Assembly: GCA_902590625.1 (NCBI GenBank)
Contig: CACIXL010000003.1
Location: 2,294-66,293, forward strand
Source of the DNA: an uncultured Pelagibacteraceae bacterium
Lineage (GTDB): Bacteria; Pseudomonadota; Alphaproteobacteria; Pelagibacterales; Pelagibacteraceae
DNA: 64,000 nucleotides
Direction: 5' to 3'
The position numbers were made by a program, and so were the translations under genes. A model generated the notes under the pieces. That model saw nothing but the letters and a program-made list of their open reading frames with translations, searched no databases and was not told the DNA's origin. Shown piece by piece: positions 1 to 9,864 of the stretch; the stretch's first letter is position 1, and each line of letters begins with the position of its first letter.

Positions 1-77
1 CGTTCAAAATTTTGATAAAGTTCAGCTCCCATGCCCACAACCTGAGAGCCTTGTCCTGGAAATAATAAAGCGTTCAT
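1..77 (-). CDS. fabD: malonyl-CoA:ACP transacylase, 5' fragment running off the window
   Basis: Hand translation from ATG at 77 gives MNALLFPGQGSQVVGMGAELY, the FabD N-terminal FPGQGSQ motif; fabD divergent from rpsF is common in Alphaproteobacteria. Confidence 0.9.
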   Translation of the reverse strand, partial: MNALLFPGQGSQVVGMGAELYQNFE

Positions 78-179
78 TTATATTAGTTTATATAACAATT
101 ATTAGTATTGCTATAAATCATCATTATAGTATAAACCAGCATTTATAAATAAATAATAAACTTAATTAACACTACAATT

Positions 180-521
180 ATGGCTTTTTACGAAAATACT
201 ATTGTTGCTAAACAAGATTTAGCGGAAAAAGAATTAAAGAACTTAAAAGAAAAATATAATGACGTAATAAATACCTCTTCAGGAAAAGTAATTAAAATTG
301 AAGAGTGGGGTTTATTGAATTTAGCCAACAAAATAAAGAATTATAACAAAGGTTTCTACATACATTACAAATTTGAGGGAAGCAAAAAAACTTTAAATGA
401 GATTGAAAAGAAAATTAAAGTTGATGGATTAATAATAAGACATTTAACAGTTAAATATAGATCATTAGACACAAAAAATGAGTTTTTTAAAAAAGAAAAT
501 AATTATGAAAAGAAAAAATAA
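180..521 (+). CDS. rpsF: 30S ribosomal protein S6
   Basis: YE...EEWG..LA.KI...KGFY motif; rpsF-rpsR-rplI order. Confidence 0.95.
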   Translation: MAFYENTIVAKQDLAEKELKNLKEKYNDVINTSSGKVIKIEEWGLLNLANKIKNYNKGFYIHYKFEGSKKTLNEIEKKIKVDGLIIRHLTVKYRSLDTKNEFFKKENNYEKKK

Positions 522-777
522 AAAATTTCAAAGAAAAAGTTCAAACTCTCTAAATAAGCTTAGTTTATTCCAAAAAAATGATGGAAAATTTTCAAGAAAA
601 TGTCCTTTATCTATTAAAAACGCTCCAACTATCGACTATAAAAATGTTAATTTATTAAAAAAATACATGTCCGATAATGGTAAAATTATTTCTTCAAAAA
701 TAACATCAGTTTCTTTTGGTAAACAAAAAAAACTTACTAAAGAAATAAAAAAAGCTAAAATATTAGGTCTATTGTAA
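505..777 (+). CDS. rpsR: 30S ribosomal protein S18
   Basis: IDYKNVNLLKKYMSDNGKI...ITSVS..KQKKL..EIKKAKILGLL; ATG at 505 preferred to the ORF-track start 478. Confidence 0.92.
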   Translation: MKRKNKKFQRKSSNSLNKLSLFQKNDGKFSRKCPLSIKNAPTIDYKNVNLLKKYMSDNGKIISSKITSVSFGKQKKLTKEIKKAKILGLL

Positions 778-1233
778 ATGCAAATAATCTTATTAGAAAA
801 TATTATCAATCTTGGAAATATTGGAGACAAAGTGACTGTCAAAAATGGTTATGGTAGAAATTTTCTCTTGAAACAAGGAAAAGCTCTAAGATTTAATAAA
901 GAAAACTTAGATTTGGTCAACAAAAAGAAAGATGAGTTGAATAGAAAAAATATTGAGATTAAAAATAAATTTTTAGAAATTGCAAAACTTGTAAACAATA
1001 AAACTTTTTCTTTCAAAAAAGAAAGTAAAGAAAATGGTGAACTATACGGCTCAATCAAACCGAAAGAAATTACTTTTTTAATAAAAGAAAAAGCTAAAGC
1101 TGACGTAAGTCCATCTCAAATAATTTTAAAAGATGATTTAAATAAGTTAGGATTATTTAAGGCTGAAATCAATTTTCATTCAGAGGTAAAAGCAGAAATA
1201 TCAATTAAAATAGATAAAATACAATCTAAATAA
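778..1233 (+). CDS. rplI: 50S ribosomal protein L9
   Basis: MQIILLE...LG..GDKVTVKNGYGRNFLL; GELYGSI. Confidence 0.96.
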   Translation: MQIILLENIINLGNIGDKVTVKNGYGRNFLLKQGKALRFNKENLDLVNKKKDELNRKNIEIKNKFLEIAKLVNNKTFSFKKESKENGELYGSIKPKEITFLIKEKAKADVSPSQIILKDDLNKLGLFKAEINFHSEVKAEISIKIDKIQSK

Positions 1234-1234
1234 C

Positions 1235-1243
1235 TTTTCCACA
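1235..1243 (+). promoter_or_regulatory. putative DnaA box upstream of dnaB
   Basis: TTTTCCACA matches TT(A/T)TNCACA in the rplI-dnaB spacer. Confidence 0.4.
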
Positions 1244-1308
1244 GACATAAAAAAAAAGTGCGTAACTTTTTCCTTTAACGTTATTATATTTATCCTATTA
1301 TATTTTTA

Positions 1309-2736
1309 GTGGAAGAAATTAAATCCGTTAAAAATAATTTAGAAAATAAGCAGCCTTCAAATCTAGAGGCAGAACAAGCTCTTTTAGGTTCAATATTAGT
1401 AAATAATGATATAATTGATGAAGTATCATCTATAATTAATTCAAATATTTTTTATGATCCTGCACATATAAAAATTTATGAAGTAATTGAAAATTTAAAT
1501 AATAAAGGCATGATTGCTAATCCAATTACTTTAAAAAATTACTTTGAAAAAGATAATATGCTCTCCGAGGTTGGGGGTACGGAATACTTAGTCAAACTCA
1601 CAAGGTTTTCTAGTTCTGCAAAACAAGCGATTGATTACGCAAAAATTATACACGAGATGTATTTAAGGAGAGAACTAGTGCAAATTTCTGACAAACTTTC
1701 AAATGATACCCTGAATGCTAATTCTCAAGAACAAAATGCAGAAAACATTATTGAGAACACAGAAAAATCTTTATTTGATTTAGCTGAAAGAGGTAGTTTT
1801 ACTCAATCTTTTTTAAAATTTAACCAAGCTTTAGATCAAACAATTGAAATGGCTACTTTAGCAATGCAGAATGATCAAGGTATTGTAGGTGTGCCAACTG
1901 GCCTTACAGAGTTAGATGAAAAACTTGGTGGTTTGCATAAATCTGATTTGATAATTCTGGCAGGGAGACCATCAATGGGAAAGACAGCTCTTGCGACTAA
2001 CATTGCTTATAATGCTGCCCAACATATTTCAAAGAGACAAGAAAAATCTTCAGTTGCCTTCTTTTCGTTAGAAATGTCATCAGAACAATTATCAACCAGA
2101 ATATTATCAGAACAAGCAAGGATTAAATCTGACGATATAAGAAGAGGTAAAGTTACCGAAGAGGAAATAAATAGATATATTGAAACATCAAGAAATATTT
2201 ATAATTTACCATTGTATATTGATGAAACGCCAGCAATCACAATTGCTACTGTAAGTAATAGAGCTAGAAGAATAAAAAGACTGTTTGGAGTGAGTTTAAT
2301 CGTTATTGATTATATCCAATTAATGAGATCGAGCTCAAATAAAAATGAAGGAAGAGTGCAAGAAATTTCTGAAATTACACAAGGCTTAAAAGCATTAGCT
2401 AAAGAATTATCTGTCCCGGTATTAGCTCTATCTCAACTTTCAAGAGCTGTTGAACAACGAGATGACAAACAACCACAATTAGCTGATTTAAGAGAGTCCG
2501 GTTCAATAGAGCAAGATGCTGATGTTGTAATGTTTGTCTATAGAGAGGAATATTATTTAGAGAGAAAACAACCAAAATTGGGTTCAATTGAGCATGCTGA
2601 ATGGCAATCAAAGATGAATGATGTCAATGGTTTAGCTGATATTATTTTAGGTAAACAAAGACATGGTCCAACTGGCACAGTTAAAGTAGAGTTTGAAGGT
2701 ATTTATACAAAATTCAAAGATTTAACTAAAAATTAA
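1309..2736 (+). CDS. dnaB: replicative DNA helicase
   Basis: EAEQALLG, Walker A AGRPSMGKT, IDYIQL, DLRESGSIEQDAD, KQRHGPTG. Confidence 0.98.
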   Translation: MEEIKSVKNNLENKQPSNLEAEQALLGSILVNNDIIDEVSSIINSNIFYDPAHIKIYEVIENLNNKGMIANPITLKNYFEKDNMLSEVGGTEYLVKLTRFSSSAKQAIDYAKIIHEMYLRRELVQISDKLSNDTLNANSQEQNAENIIENTEKSLFDLAERGSFTQSFLKFNQALDQTIEMATLAMQNDQGIVGVPTGLTELDEKLGGLHKSDLIILAGRPSMGKTALATNIAYNAAQHISKRQEKSSVAFFSLEMSSEQLSTRILSEQARIKSDDIRRGKVTEEEINRYIETSRNIYNLPLYIDETPAITIATVSNRARRIKRLFGVSLIVIDYIQLMRSSSNKNEGRVQEISEITQGLKALAKELSVPVLALSQLSRAVEQRDDKQPQLADLRESGSIEQDADVVMFVYREEYYLERKQPKLGSIEHAEWQSKMNDVNGLADIILGKQRHGPTGTVKVEFEGIYTKFKDLTKN

Positions 2737-2789
2737 TCTTAATTTTTTCTTTTGTTATAAAAAAATTAAGATATATCTGAATTATTCTC

Positions 2790-5267
2790 ATGTTTGTTTA
2801 TATTTATAAAAAAATAATTACAGATTTTTCAAAAATAACATTAATATTTTTATTCACTTTAATTATTTTTTCGCTTTATCAATCTAAAAACTTCAATCTT
2901 GATGCGTCTTCAGATGCTCTTTTACTTGAAGGTGATCCTGATTTAAAATTTCTGAGAGAAGTTAATCAAACTTATGGCTCTAAGGATTTCTTGGTCTTAA
3001 CTTACTCTCCTATTTCAAAATTTATCGAAAAAGAGACTATTCTTAATCTACAATTGCTTAAATCTAAAATCGAAAAATTAACATGGGTTGATAGCGTAAT
3101 TACTTTAATTGATGTTCCGCTCCTTAAAAGCACTGATGAAGGTTTGATGGATAGACTTAAAAATTATAAAACTTTGGCATACCCTGAAATCGATAGAAAA
3201 AGAGGATTTGAGGAAATTGTCAATAGCCCCATTTACAAGAATTATGTTATCAGTGAAGATGGGAAAACATCAGGTATTGTAGTTTATTTAAAAAAGGATG
3301 AGAGATTATCAGAGTACACAAAAATTAAAGATGATTATTTTGATTTAATAAATAAAACAGGATTATCAAAAGAGGAAAAAATAAATTACAAAAAATTTAT
3401 AAAAGAATATGAAGAATATAAAAATTTATATAATATAAGAAATCATCAAAATATTTCAGAGATAAGAGATGTAATTAGTAAATACGGCGATAATGCTAAA
3501 ATACATTTAGGAGGAATACCTATGATTGCTGATGATATGATGAGTTATATCAAAAGTGATATAGTAGTATTTGGAATTGGTGTATTTATTTTTATTGTAT
3601 TTACACTTTGGTTTATTTTTAGAAATTTAAAATGGGTAATAATGCCATTATTAGGATGTGCAACCTCAGTAATAATTATGATTGGATTATTAGGATTTAT
3701 TGGATGGAAAGTAACTGTTATTTCCTCAAACTTTATTGCTTTGATGTTAATTTTAAACATGGCAATGAATATTCATTTGACTGTAAGATTTTTACAATTA
3801 AAGAGAGAATTTCCTCAACTTGCTAAGAGTGAAGCTGTATTCGAGTCTAGCAAAAAAATGATTTTACCTATACTTTATACTGTTCTTACAACTATATGTG
3901 CATTTTTATCTTTAGTTTTTAGTGGGATTAAACCAATAATTGACTTTGGTTGGATGATGACACTTGGATTGGTAGTATCATTTTTGGTCACTTTTTTATT
4001 ATTGCCAAGTTTAATAAGCATTCTAGCATCTGAAAATGAAATAGGTATTAAAGATACAGAAAAATCTAAAATTACTGCTGCTTTAGGTTCATTTACAAAA
4101 AATAATAAATTTTTAATTTTTGGTTCTACATATTTAATAATTATATTCAGTATTATTGGAATACTTAAGCTCGAGGTTGAAAATAGTTTTATAAATTATT
4201 TTGATAAGGAGACAGAAATTTATAAAGGAATGAAAAAAATTGATGAAGATTTAGGCGGAACAACTCCATTAAATATAATTTTAAAATTTCCTTCTAAAGG
4301 AAAAATAGTAGCTAAACAAGATGATGAGTTTGATGAATGGGAAGAAGAAAGTAATAGTAGCGAGGATAAATCAAAATATTGGTTTACAAGAGATAAAATG
4401 GACAAAATTATTAAAGTTCATGACTACTTAGATTCTTTGCCCGAAATAGGAAAAGTTCTCTCATTTGGATCGATTCTTAGAGTTGCAGAAGATTTAAACA
4501 ATAAAGAGTTACAAAGTTTAGAAATTGCAGTGTTATATAGTAAAATACCTGAGTCAATCAAAAAAGAAATAATATTGCCTTATATATCTGTAGAAAAAGA
4601 TGAAGCAAGAATAAGTGTAAGAATAAAAGACTCTCTTAAAGATTTAAGAAGAAACGATTTAATAAATAAAATTAATTCAGAATTGAACACAAAATTAGGT
4701 CTAGAAAAAGATGAGTTTAAACTAGTTGGAGTCCTCATCTTATTTAATAATTTGCTACAAAGTTTATTCAAATCACAAATACTTACTTTAGGGATTGTAA
4801 TATTTGGAATTTTTTTAATGTTTTTTATTCTTTTTAGAAATATTATATTATCTTTTATAGGTGTTGTACCTAATTTTATTGCTGCTTTTTTTATTCTTGG
4901 TATCATTGGTCTACTTGAAATTCCTTTAGATATGATGACTATAACGATAGCTGCTATCACAATTGGTATAGCTGTTGACAACAGTATTCATTATATTTAT
5001 CGATTTAAGGAGGAATTCAAAAAAAATAATAGTTACATTAGAACATTAGATAAATGCCATAGCACAGTTGGAATAGCTATTTTAAATACATCTATTACTA
5101 TTGTTTTTGGATTTTCAATTTTAGTTTTTTCTAATTTCATTCCTACTATTTATTTTGGTGTATTTACTGGAATTGCTATGTTGTTGGCAATGATATCGGT
5201 ATTAACCTTATTGCCAAAACTAATTCTTACGTACAAGCCTTTTGGAAAAGAAATTGGTGATTATTAA
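2790..5267 (+). CDS. RND superfamily MMPL-type exporter
   Basis: Two repeats of TM + large periplasmic loop + TM bundle; GIAVDNSIH motif; 825 aa. Confidence 0.85.
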   Translation: MFVYIYKKIITDFSKITLIFLFTLIIFSLYQSKNFNLDASSDALLLEGDPDLKFLREVNQTYGSKDFLVLTYSPISKFIEKETILNLQLLKSKIEKLTWVDSVITLIDVPLLKSTDEGLMDRLKNYKTLAYPEIDRKRGFEEIVNSPIYKNYVISEDGKTSGIVVYLKKDERLSEYTKIKDDYFDLINKTGLSKEEKINYKKFIKEYEEYKNLYNIRNHQNISEIRDVISKYGDNAKIHLGGIPMIADDMMSYIKSDIVVFGIGVFIFIVFTLWFIFRNLKWVIMPLLGCATSVIIMIGLLGFIGWKVTVISSNFIALMLILNMAMNIHLTVRFLQLKREFPQLAKSEAVFESSKKMILPILYTVLTTICAFLSLVFSGIKPIIDFGWMMTLGLVVSFLVTFLLLPSLISILASENEIGIKDTEKSKITAALGSFTKNNKFLIFGSTYLIIIFSIIGILKLEVENSFINYFDKETEIYKGMKKIDEDLGGTTPLNIILKFPSKGKIVAKQDDEFDEWEEESNSSEDKSKYWFTRDKMDKIIKVHDYLDSLPEIGKVLSFGSILRVAEDLNNKELQSLEIAVLYSKIPESIKKEIILPYISVEKDEARISVRIKDSLKDLRRNDLINKINSELNTKLGLEKDEFKLVGVLILFNNLLQSLFKSQILTLGIVIFGIFLMFFILFRNIILSFIGVVPNFIAAFFILGIIGLLEIPLDMMTITIAAITIGIAVDNSIHYIYRFKEEFKKNNSYIRTLDKCHSTVGIAILNTSITIVFGFSILVFSNFIPTIYFGVFTGIAMLLAMISVLTLLPKLILTYKPFGKEIGDY

Positions 5268-5269
5268 AT

Positions 5270-5815
5270 ATGATTAATTTCTTCGACCACCTTATCGACG
5301 CTATTAATTTTTTTGATATTTGCTTTATAGTTATTCTTATTTACAACGTTTTTCAATGTTTCTTCAAAGGTTTCTCTTTAAGTTTGATTTCCTTTATGAA
5401 GTGGGTACTTTCGATAATAATAACAATAATTTTAGTTCCAAGGTTGCAACCTGTAGTAAGTGAATATATTCAATCTGAATTCATAAATAATATTGGTTTG
5501 GGTATTGCTATTTTTGTGGTTACACTATTTTTAACCATACTGTTAGGAAAAACTTTGAGCAGAGCTGTGACATGGACAGGTGTTGGTTCAATTGACAAAG
5601 GTTTTGGTTTTATTTTTGGTTTTTTTAAAGGATACATTGTTTCTATATGTTTGTTTTCAATTTTTAATTGGTTTTATCCTTATCAAAATTGGGGTATATC
5701 TGTCGAAAAAGCTTTGTCTTTTAAATTTATTTATAAAGGAAGTGAAATATTGATAAAAGAATTTCCATCAAGTGAAGACTTCATTGATACAAAAGAAAAA
5801 ATTGAAAAAATATAA
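5270..5815 (+). CDS. cvpA: CvpA family membrane protein
   Basis: D.......FKGF, IDKGFGFIFGFFKG; directly upstream of purF. Confidence 0.85.
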   Translation: MINFFDHLIDAINFFDICFIVILIYNVFQCFFKGFSLSLISFMKWVLSIIITIILVPRLQPVVSEYIQSEFINNIGLGIAIFVVTLFLTILLGKTLSRAVTWTGVGSIDKGFGFIFGFFKGYIVSICLFSIFNWFYPYQNWGISVEKALSFKFIYKGSEILIKEFPSSEDFIDTKEKIEKI

Positions 5816-7253
5816 TAAAGATAAACTAAGAGAGGAGTGTGGTATTTTTGGAATATCAAATCACGAAGACGCTTCCGCAATGGTAGCATTAGGCTTACAC
5901 GCTTTGCAACATAGAGGTCAAGAAGGTTGTGGAATAGTATCTTATGATGGGAAAAATTATCACTCTGAAAAAAGACAAGGTCTGGTGGGAGATCATTTTA
6001 CTGATCCAAAAATTTTAGAAAAACTGCCTGGAAACTTTTCAATAGGACATAATCGTTATTCAACAACAGGAGAAACGTCTTTAAGAAATATTCAGCCTTT
6101 TTTTGCTGATTTACATATGGGTGGGTTGAGCATAGCACATAATGGAAATTTAACTAATGCACTCTTTTTAAGAAATAATTTAGTCAAAGAAGGTGCAATT
6201 TTTAGAACAACCAGCGATACTGAAACAATCGTTCAATTAGTGGCAAAATCAAAAAGAGAAAGATTTTTAGACAAATTAATAGATGCCCTTTTTCAAATTC
6301 AAGGAGGTTATTCTCTTGTATTAATGACAAATAAAAAATTGGTTGGTGTCAGAGACCCTTTTGGAATAAGGCCATTAGTTATTGGAAAACTAAAAAACTC
6401 ATATATCTTGGCATCGGAAACATGTGCTCTAGATATTATCGGAGCAACTTTTATTAGAGAAGTTGAAAATGGTGAAATAGTAATAATTGAAAATCAAGAC
6501 TTAAAATCTATCAAACCTTTTCCAAAACAAAAATCAAGACCATGTATATTTGAGTACATCTATTTTGCAAGACCTGACAGTTTGATTAATAATGTATGCG
6601 CTTATGAATATAGAAAAAAACTAGGAGCAGAACTTGCTAAAGAAACTGATATTCAGGCTGATTTTGTTGTACCAGTACCCGACTCAGGCGTACCGGCAGC
6701 TTTGGGGTATGCTGAGCAATCAAATAAAAAATTTGAATTAGGATTAATAAGAAATCATTATGTGGGTAGAACTTTTATTGAACCAACACAAAATATAAGA
6801 AGTTTAGGAGTAAAGTTGAAACTCAGCTCAACAAGAACGATTGTTAAAAATAAATCAATCATACTAATTGATGACTCTTTAGTAAGGGGAACGACTTGTA
6901 ATAAGATTGTAAAGATGCTGTACGAGAGTGGTGCTAAAGAAGTACATGTGAGAATTGCTTGTCCTGAAATAAAATATCCTGACTTCTACGGCGTGGATAT
7001 GCCTACAAAAGATGAATTGCTTGCATATAAGAAAAGTAATAACGAAATGTGCGAGCATATAAAAGCAAAGAGCTTAAAATTTTTAAGTTTAGAGGGCTTG
7101 TATAAGGCTTTAATAGGTGAAAAAAGAAATAATAGCTACCCTCAGTTTAGCGATCACTATTTTACTGGCGATTATCCTATTAAACCTTCAGATAATTTAA
7201 AAGGTTTCAAAGTAAAACAACTCTCTTTGTTAAGTGGAAAATCAAACAATTAA
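5772..7253 (+). CDS. purF: amidophosphoribosyltransferase (true start may be TTG at 5802)
   Basis: EECGIFG, LQHRGQE, GHNRYST, HNGNLTN, IDDSLVRGTT. Confidence 0.97.
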   Translation: MKTSLIQKKKLKKYNKDKLREECGIFGISNHEDASAMVALGLHALQHRGQEGCGIVSYDGKNYHSEKRQGLVGDHFTDPKILEKLPGNFSIGHNRYSTTGETSLRNIQPFFADLHMGGLSIAHNGNLTNALFLRNNLVKEGAIFRTTSDTETIVQLVAKSKRERFLDKLIDALFQIQGGYSLVLMTNKKLVGVRDPFGIRPLVIGKLKNSYILASETCALDIIGATFIREVENGEIVIIENQDLKSIKPFPKQKSRPCIFEYIYFARPDSLINNVCAYEYRKKLGAELAKETDIQADFVVPVPDSGVPAALGYAEQSNKKFELGLIRNHYVGRTFIEPTQNIRSLGVKLKLSSTRTIVKNKSIILIDDSLVRGTTCNKIVKMLYESGAKEVHVRIACPEIKYPDFYGVDMPTKDELLAYKKSNNEMCEHIKAKSLKFLSLEGLYKALIGEKRNNSYPQFSDHYFTGDYPIKPSDNLKGFKVKQLSLLSGKSNN

Positions 7254-8575
7254 TCGACTATAGATAATTTATTTTTTTTATCGAAATATAATAAAGAATT
7301 TTCAATCACCAGCATTGAAGATTTAATTTTAGTTGGGAGTTTTTTAATTTGCTGTAAATCTCCAATTAAACTAAAAATTAAAATATAAGAATTTTCTAAT
7401 AAAATCATAATTTTATTATTTAGAATAATAATATCTTTAAAAATGGCATTCTTCTTTTTAGTATTAAGAAATTTTGCAATTTTTTCGTTTAAATCATAAG
7501 AGTAAATAATCTCTCCATTAATAGTGTTAATCGCTACAAGATATTTATTTCTTGTTATTGCGAAGAGATAATCCTCAATTAAAACAGGTTTGAATTCAGT
7601 AGAAAAATTTTTCTTATGATTAACAGCTCCCGTTTTTTGATCGATAATGTAAGTAAATTCATTGGAGGATAAAGCTAATTTATCTCTATAGCTTACTATC
7701 TTATTACCCAAAAAAAGGTTTTTTGGATTCAAATCAGTAGATTTATTTAAATTAATAAACCAAAGTATCCTCATGCTTTCATTATCAACTGCATAAAGCG
7801 ATCCAAAAGTATTAATAAAAAAGGTATATTGATTTATTAAAGATAAATTATTAACAAATTTATTTTTAACAATTGTTTCCTCTGTTGGTATTTTTTTTAA
7901 AATTTCTCCATTCTTTATATTAAAGAAAATTAAATTATTGTTTTGATTGCTTGTCACCAACTTTTCTTTATAAATCTTAATATTGGACCTAAAGGCAACT
8001 TCATATCTTTTTGCCCATATAATTTTATTCAATTTGTAGTTATAAGCATAAAGAAATCCAAGATTATCAGATACGTAAACTATGTCGTCCTTTAAAATAA
8101 TATTTAATTTTTTTTTAACTTTTTTGTATTTTTTTTTATAAAAATTATATTTTGAAATAATCTTATTTTTGCTTATTGAAAAATTAATTATATTGCCTTT
8201 TTTGTCGACTAAAATTACTTTATCATTTTTATATAAAAATTTTTCACTAATATTATTCCTTGAAATTTTTGTACTTTTAAAAATTAAATTAAAATTTTCA
8301 TTATATCTAAAATTCTTTAGATTATTAGTTCCATCATAATCAATATCTTTCCAATCATAATTTATAGATGACTTAAACTTCTTAAATGAAAAATCTTTTT
8401 TTATAGAAATATTTTTTAAAAGTTCATCTTGCGAAAAGACTACAGACTCAAATTCTTTAAATGTATCATTTTTAGTAACATCAGGGTTTTTTTCATTTTT
8501 CCATATGCCAGTTTTATTATCAAAAGAGCAGTTATTTAAAAATAATATTGCAATAAGAATAATAAGAAACTTCAT
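7250..8575 (-). CDS. PQQ-like beta-propeller lipoprotein, BamB-like
   Basis: Lipobox-like LFLNNC, repeated propeller-like segments (G.LYA....K.IW), position after a YfgM-like gene. Confidence 0.6.
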   Translation of the reverse strand: MKFLIILIAILFLNNCSFDNKTGIWKNEKNPDVTKNDTFKEFESVVFSQDELLKNISIKKDFSFKKFKSSINYDWKDIDYDGTNNLKNFRYNENFNLIFKSTKISRNNISEKFLYKNDKVILVDKKGNIINFSISKNKIISKYNFYKKKYKKVKKKLNIILKDDIVYVSDNLGFLYAYNYKLNKIIWAKRYEVAFRSNIKIYKEKLVTSNQNNNLIFFNIKNGEILKKIPTEETIVKNKFVNNLSLINQYTFFINTFGSLYAVDNESMRILWFINLNKSTDLNPKNLFLGNKIVSYRDKLALSSNEFTYIIDQKTGAVNHKKNFSTEFKPVLIEDYLFAITRNKYLVAINTINGEIIYSYDLNEKIAKFLNTKKKNAIFKDIIILNNKIMILLENSYILIFSLIGDLQQIKKLPTKIKSSMLVIENSLLYFDKKNKLSIVD

Positions 8576-8585
8576 TTGAGAATTA

Positions 8586-9092
8586 TTATTTTATAATAAC
8601 TTCTTCCGCTAAAATTTTAAGCTTAGATTTATTTTTAATTAATTTATCTAGCAATTCTTTTCCTTTTCCATCCTTAGATACTTTCATTAAGAAAAGAGCT
8701 TTCTTGAAAGTTATTAAATCTAATTTTTCATCAGAATAATCTAAGTTTTCTAAAATTTCAAAATAGTTAAGTATTTTTTCTTCCTCTTGAATTAAATTTT
8801 TTTCAATAATTAGATTTAAAGCCAAAATAGAATAAAATTTATTTTTATTTAAGATAATTTCTTCGAGAATTATTTTTGCTTCTTTTTCTTTTTTATCTGT
8901 TATGTAAATCCCTGCCTGAACATATTTTTCAGCAATCAATTCATTGTTTTTTTTATTATTTTGATTAATTAAAAATACTGAGACTAAAATCAAAATGAGA
9001 AAAATTAATAAAGATAAAAGTTTAATTTTATTTTGATTATAAAATTGTATTAATTTACTTCTATAGTCTTGTTTAACTAAGTTTTGATCCAT
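8586..9092 (-). CDS. YfgM-like single-pass membrane protein
   Basis: N-terminal TM followed by helical TPR-like domain; panB-yfgM-bamB synteny. Confidence 0.55.
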   Translation of the reverse strand: MDQNLVKQDYRSKLIQFYNQNKIKLLSLLIFLILILVSVFLINQNNKKNNELIAEKYVQAGIYITDKKEKEAKIILEEIILNKNKFYSILALNLIIEKNLIQEEEKILNYFEILENLDYSDEKLDLITFKKALFLMKVSKDGKGKELLDKLIKNKSKLKILAEEVIIK

Positions 9093-9864
9093 TTAAAAAG
9101 TTTTTTCTTTTTGGAAATTTAATTAATTTAACTTCTCTAGTATATTTTTTTACAGCTTTTTCAATTATAGTATTCAAGTTTGCATATTTTTTAACAAATT
9201 TGGGATAAAATCCACTTAAACCAAGCATATCATCTGTAACTAAAATTTGCCCATCGCAGTATGATGAAGAGCCAATGCCAATTGTAGGTATTTGGACTTT
9301 ATTAGTAATTAATTTTGCAGTATTAGGTGCTAAACATTCTACAACTATTGAAAAAGCCCCTGCTTTCTCTATAAGCTGCACATCTTTTAAAAGTTTTTTA
9401 ACTTCTTGTTTTGACTGTCCCTCTATCTTGAATTTTTTTTTAAATTGTGGTGTATATCCAACATGGCCCATAACAGATATCTTTTTTTTAACTAAATATT
9501 CTATTATTTCATAATTTTTTCTATTATTCTCTAATTTGATTGCATCGCATTTTGTTTTTTTTATTACTATTCTTGCGTTTTTTAAAGCATCTTTTGGGTT
9601 ATTATATGTACCCTTAGGCATATCAACTACTAATAATGATTTCTTTATACCCATTTTAACGCTAACGGCATGTTGAATAATATTATCTAATTTAATTTTG
9701 TGGGTATTTTTGTGTCCATACAAAACATGTGCCATTGAGTCTCCCACTAAAATAATATCACAATATTTATCTAAAATTTTTGCAACACTTTTTGAATATG
9801 CAGTTAAACAAACAATTTTAGACTTTTTCTTTTTTAAAATTATATCTCTTATTTTTTTATTCAT
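9073..9864 (-). CDS. panB: 3-methyl-2-oxobutanoate hydroxymethyltransferase
   Basis: CLTAY, ILVGDS, VMGHVGYTPQ, PTIGIG...DGQILV.DDMLG. Confidence 0.95.
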   Translation of the reverse strand: MNKKIRDIILKKKKSKIVCLTAYSKSVAKILDKYCDIILVGDSMAHVLYGHKNTHKIKLDNIIQHAVSVKMGIKKSLLVVDMPKGTYNNPKDALKNARIVIKKTKCDAIKLENNRKNYEIIEYLVKKKISVMGHVGYTPQFKKKFKIEGQSKQEVKKLLKDVQLIEKAGAFSIVVECLAPNTAKLITNKVQIPTIGIGSSSYCDGQILVTDDMLGLSGFYPKFVKKYANLNTIIEKAVKKYTREVKLIKFPKRKNFLNGSKLS

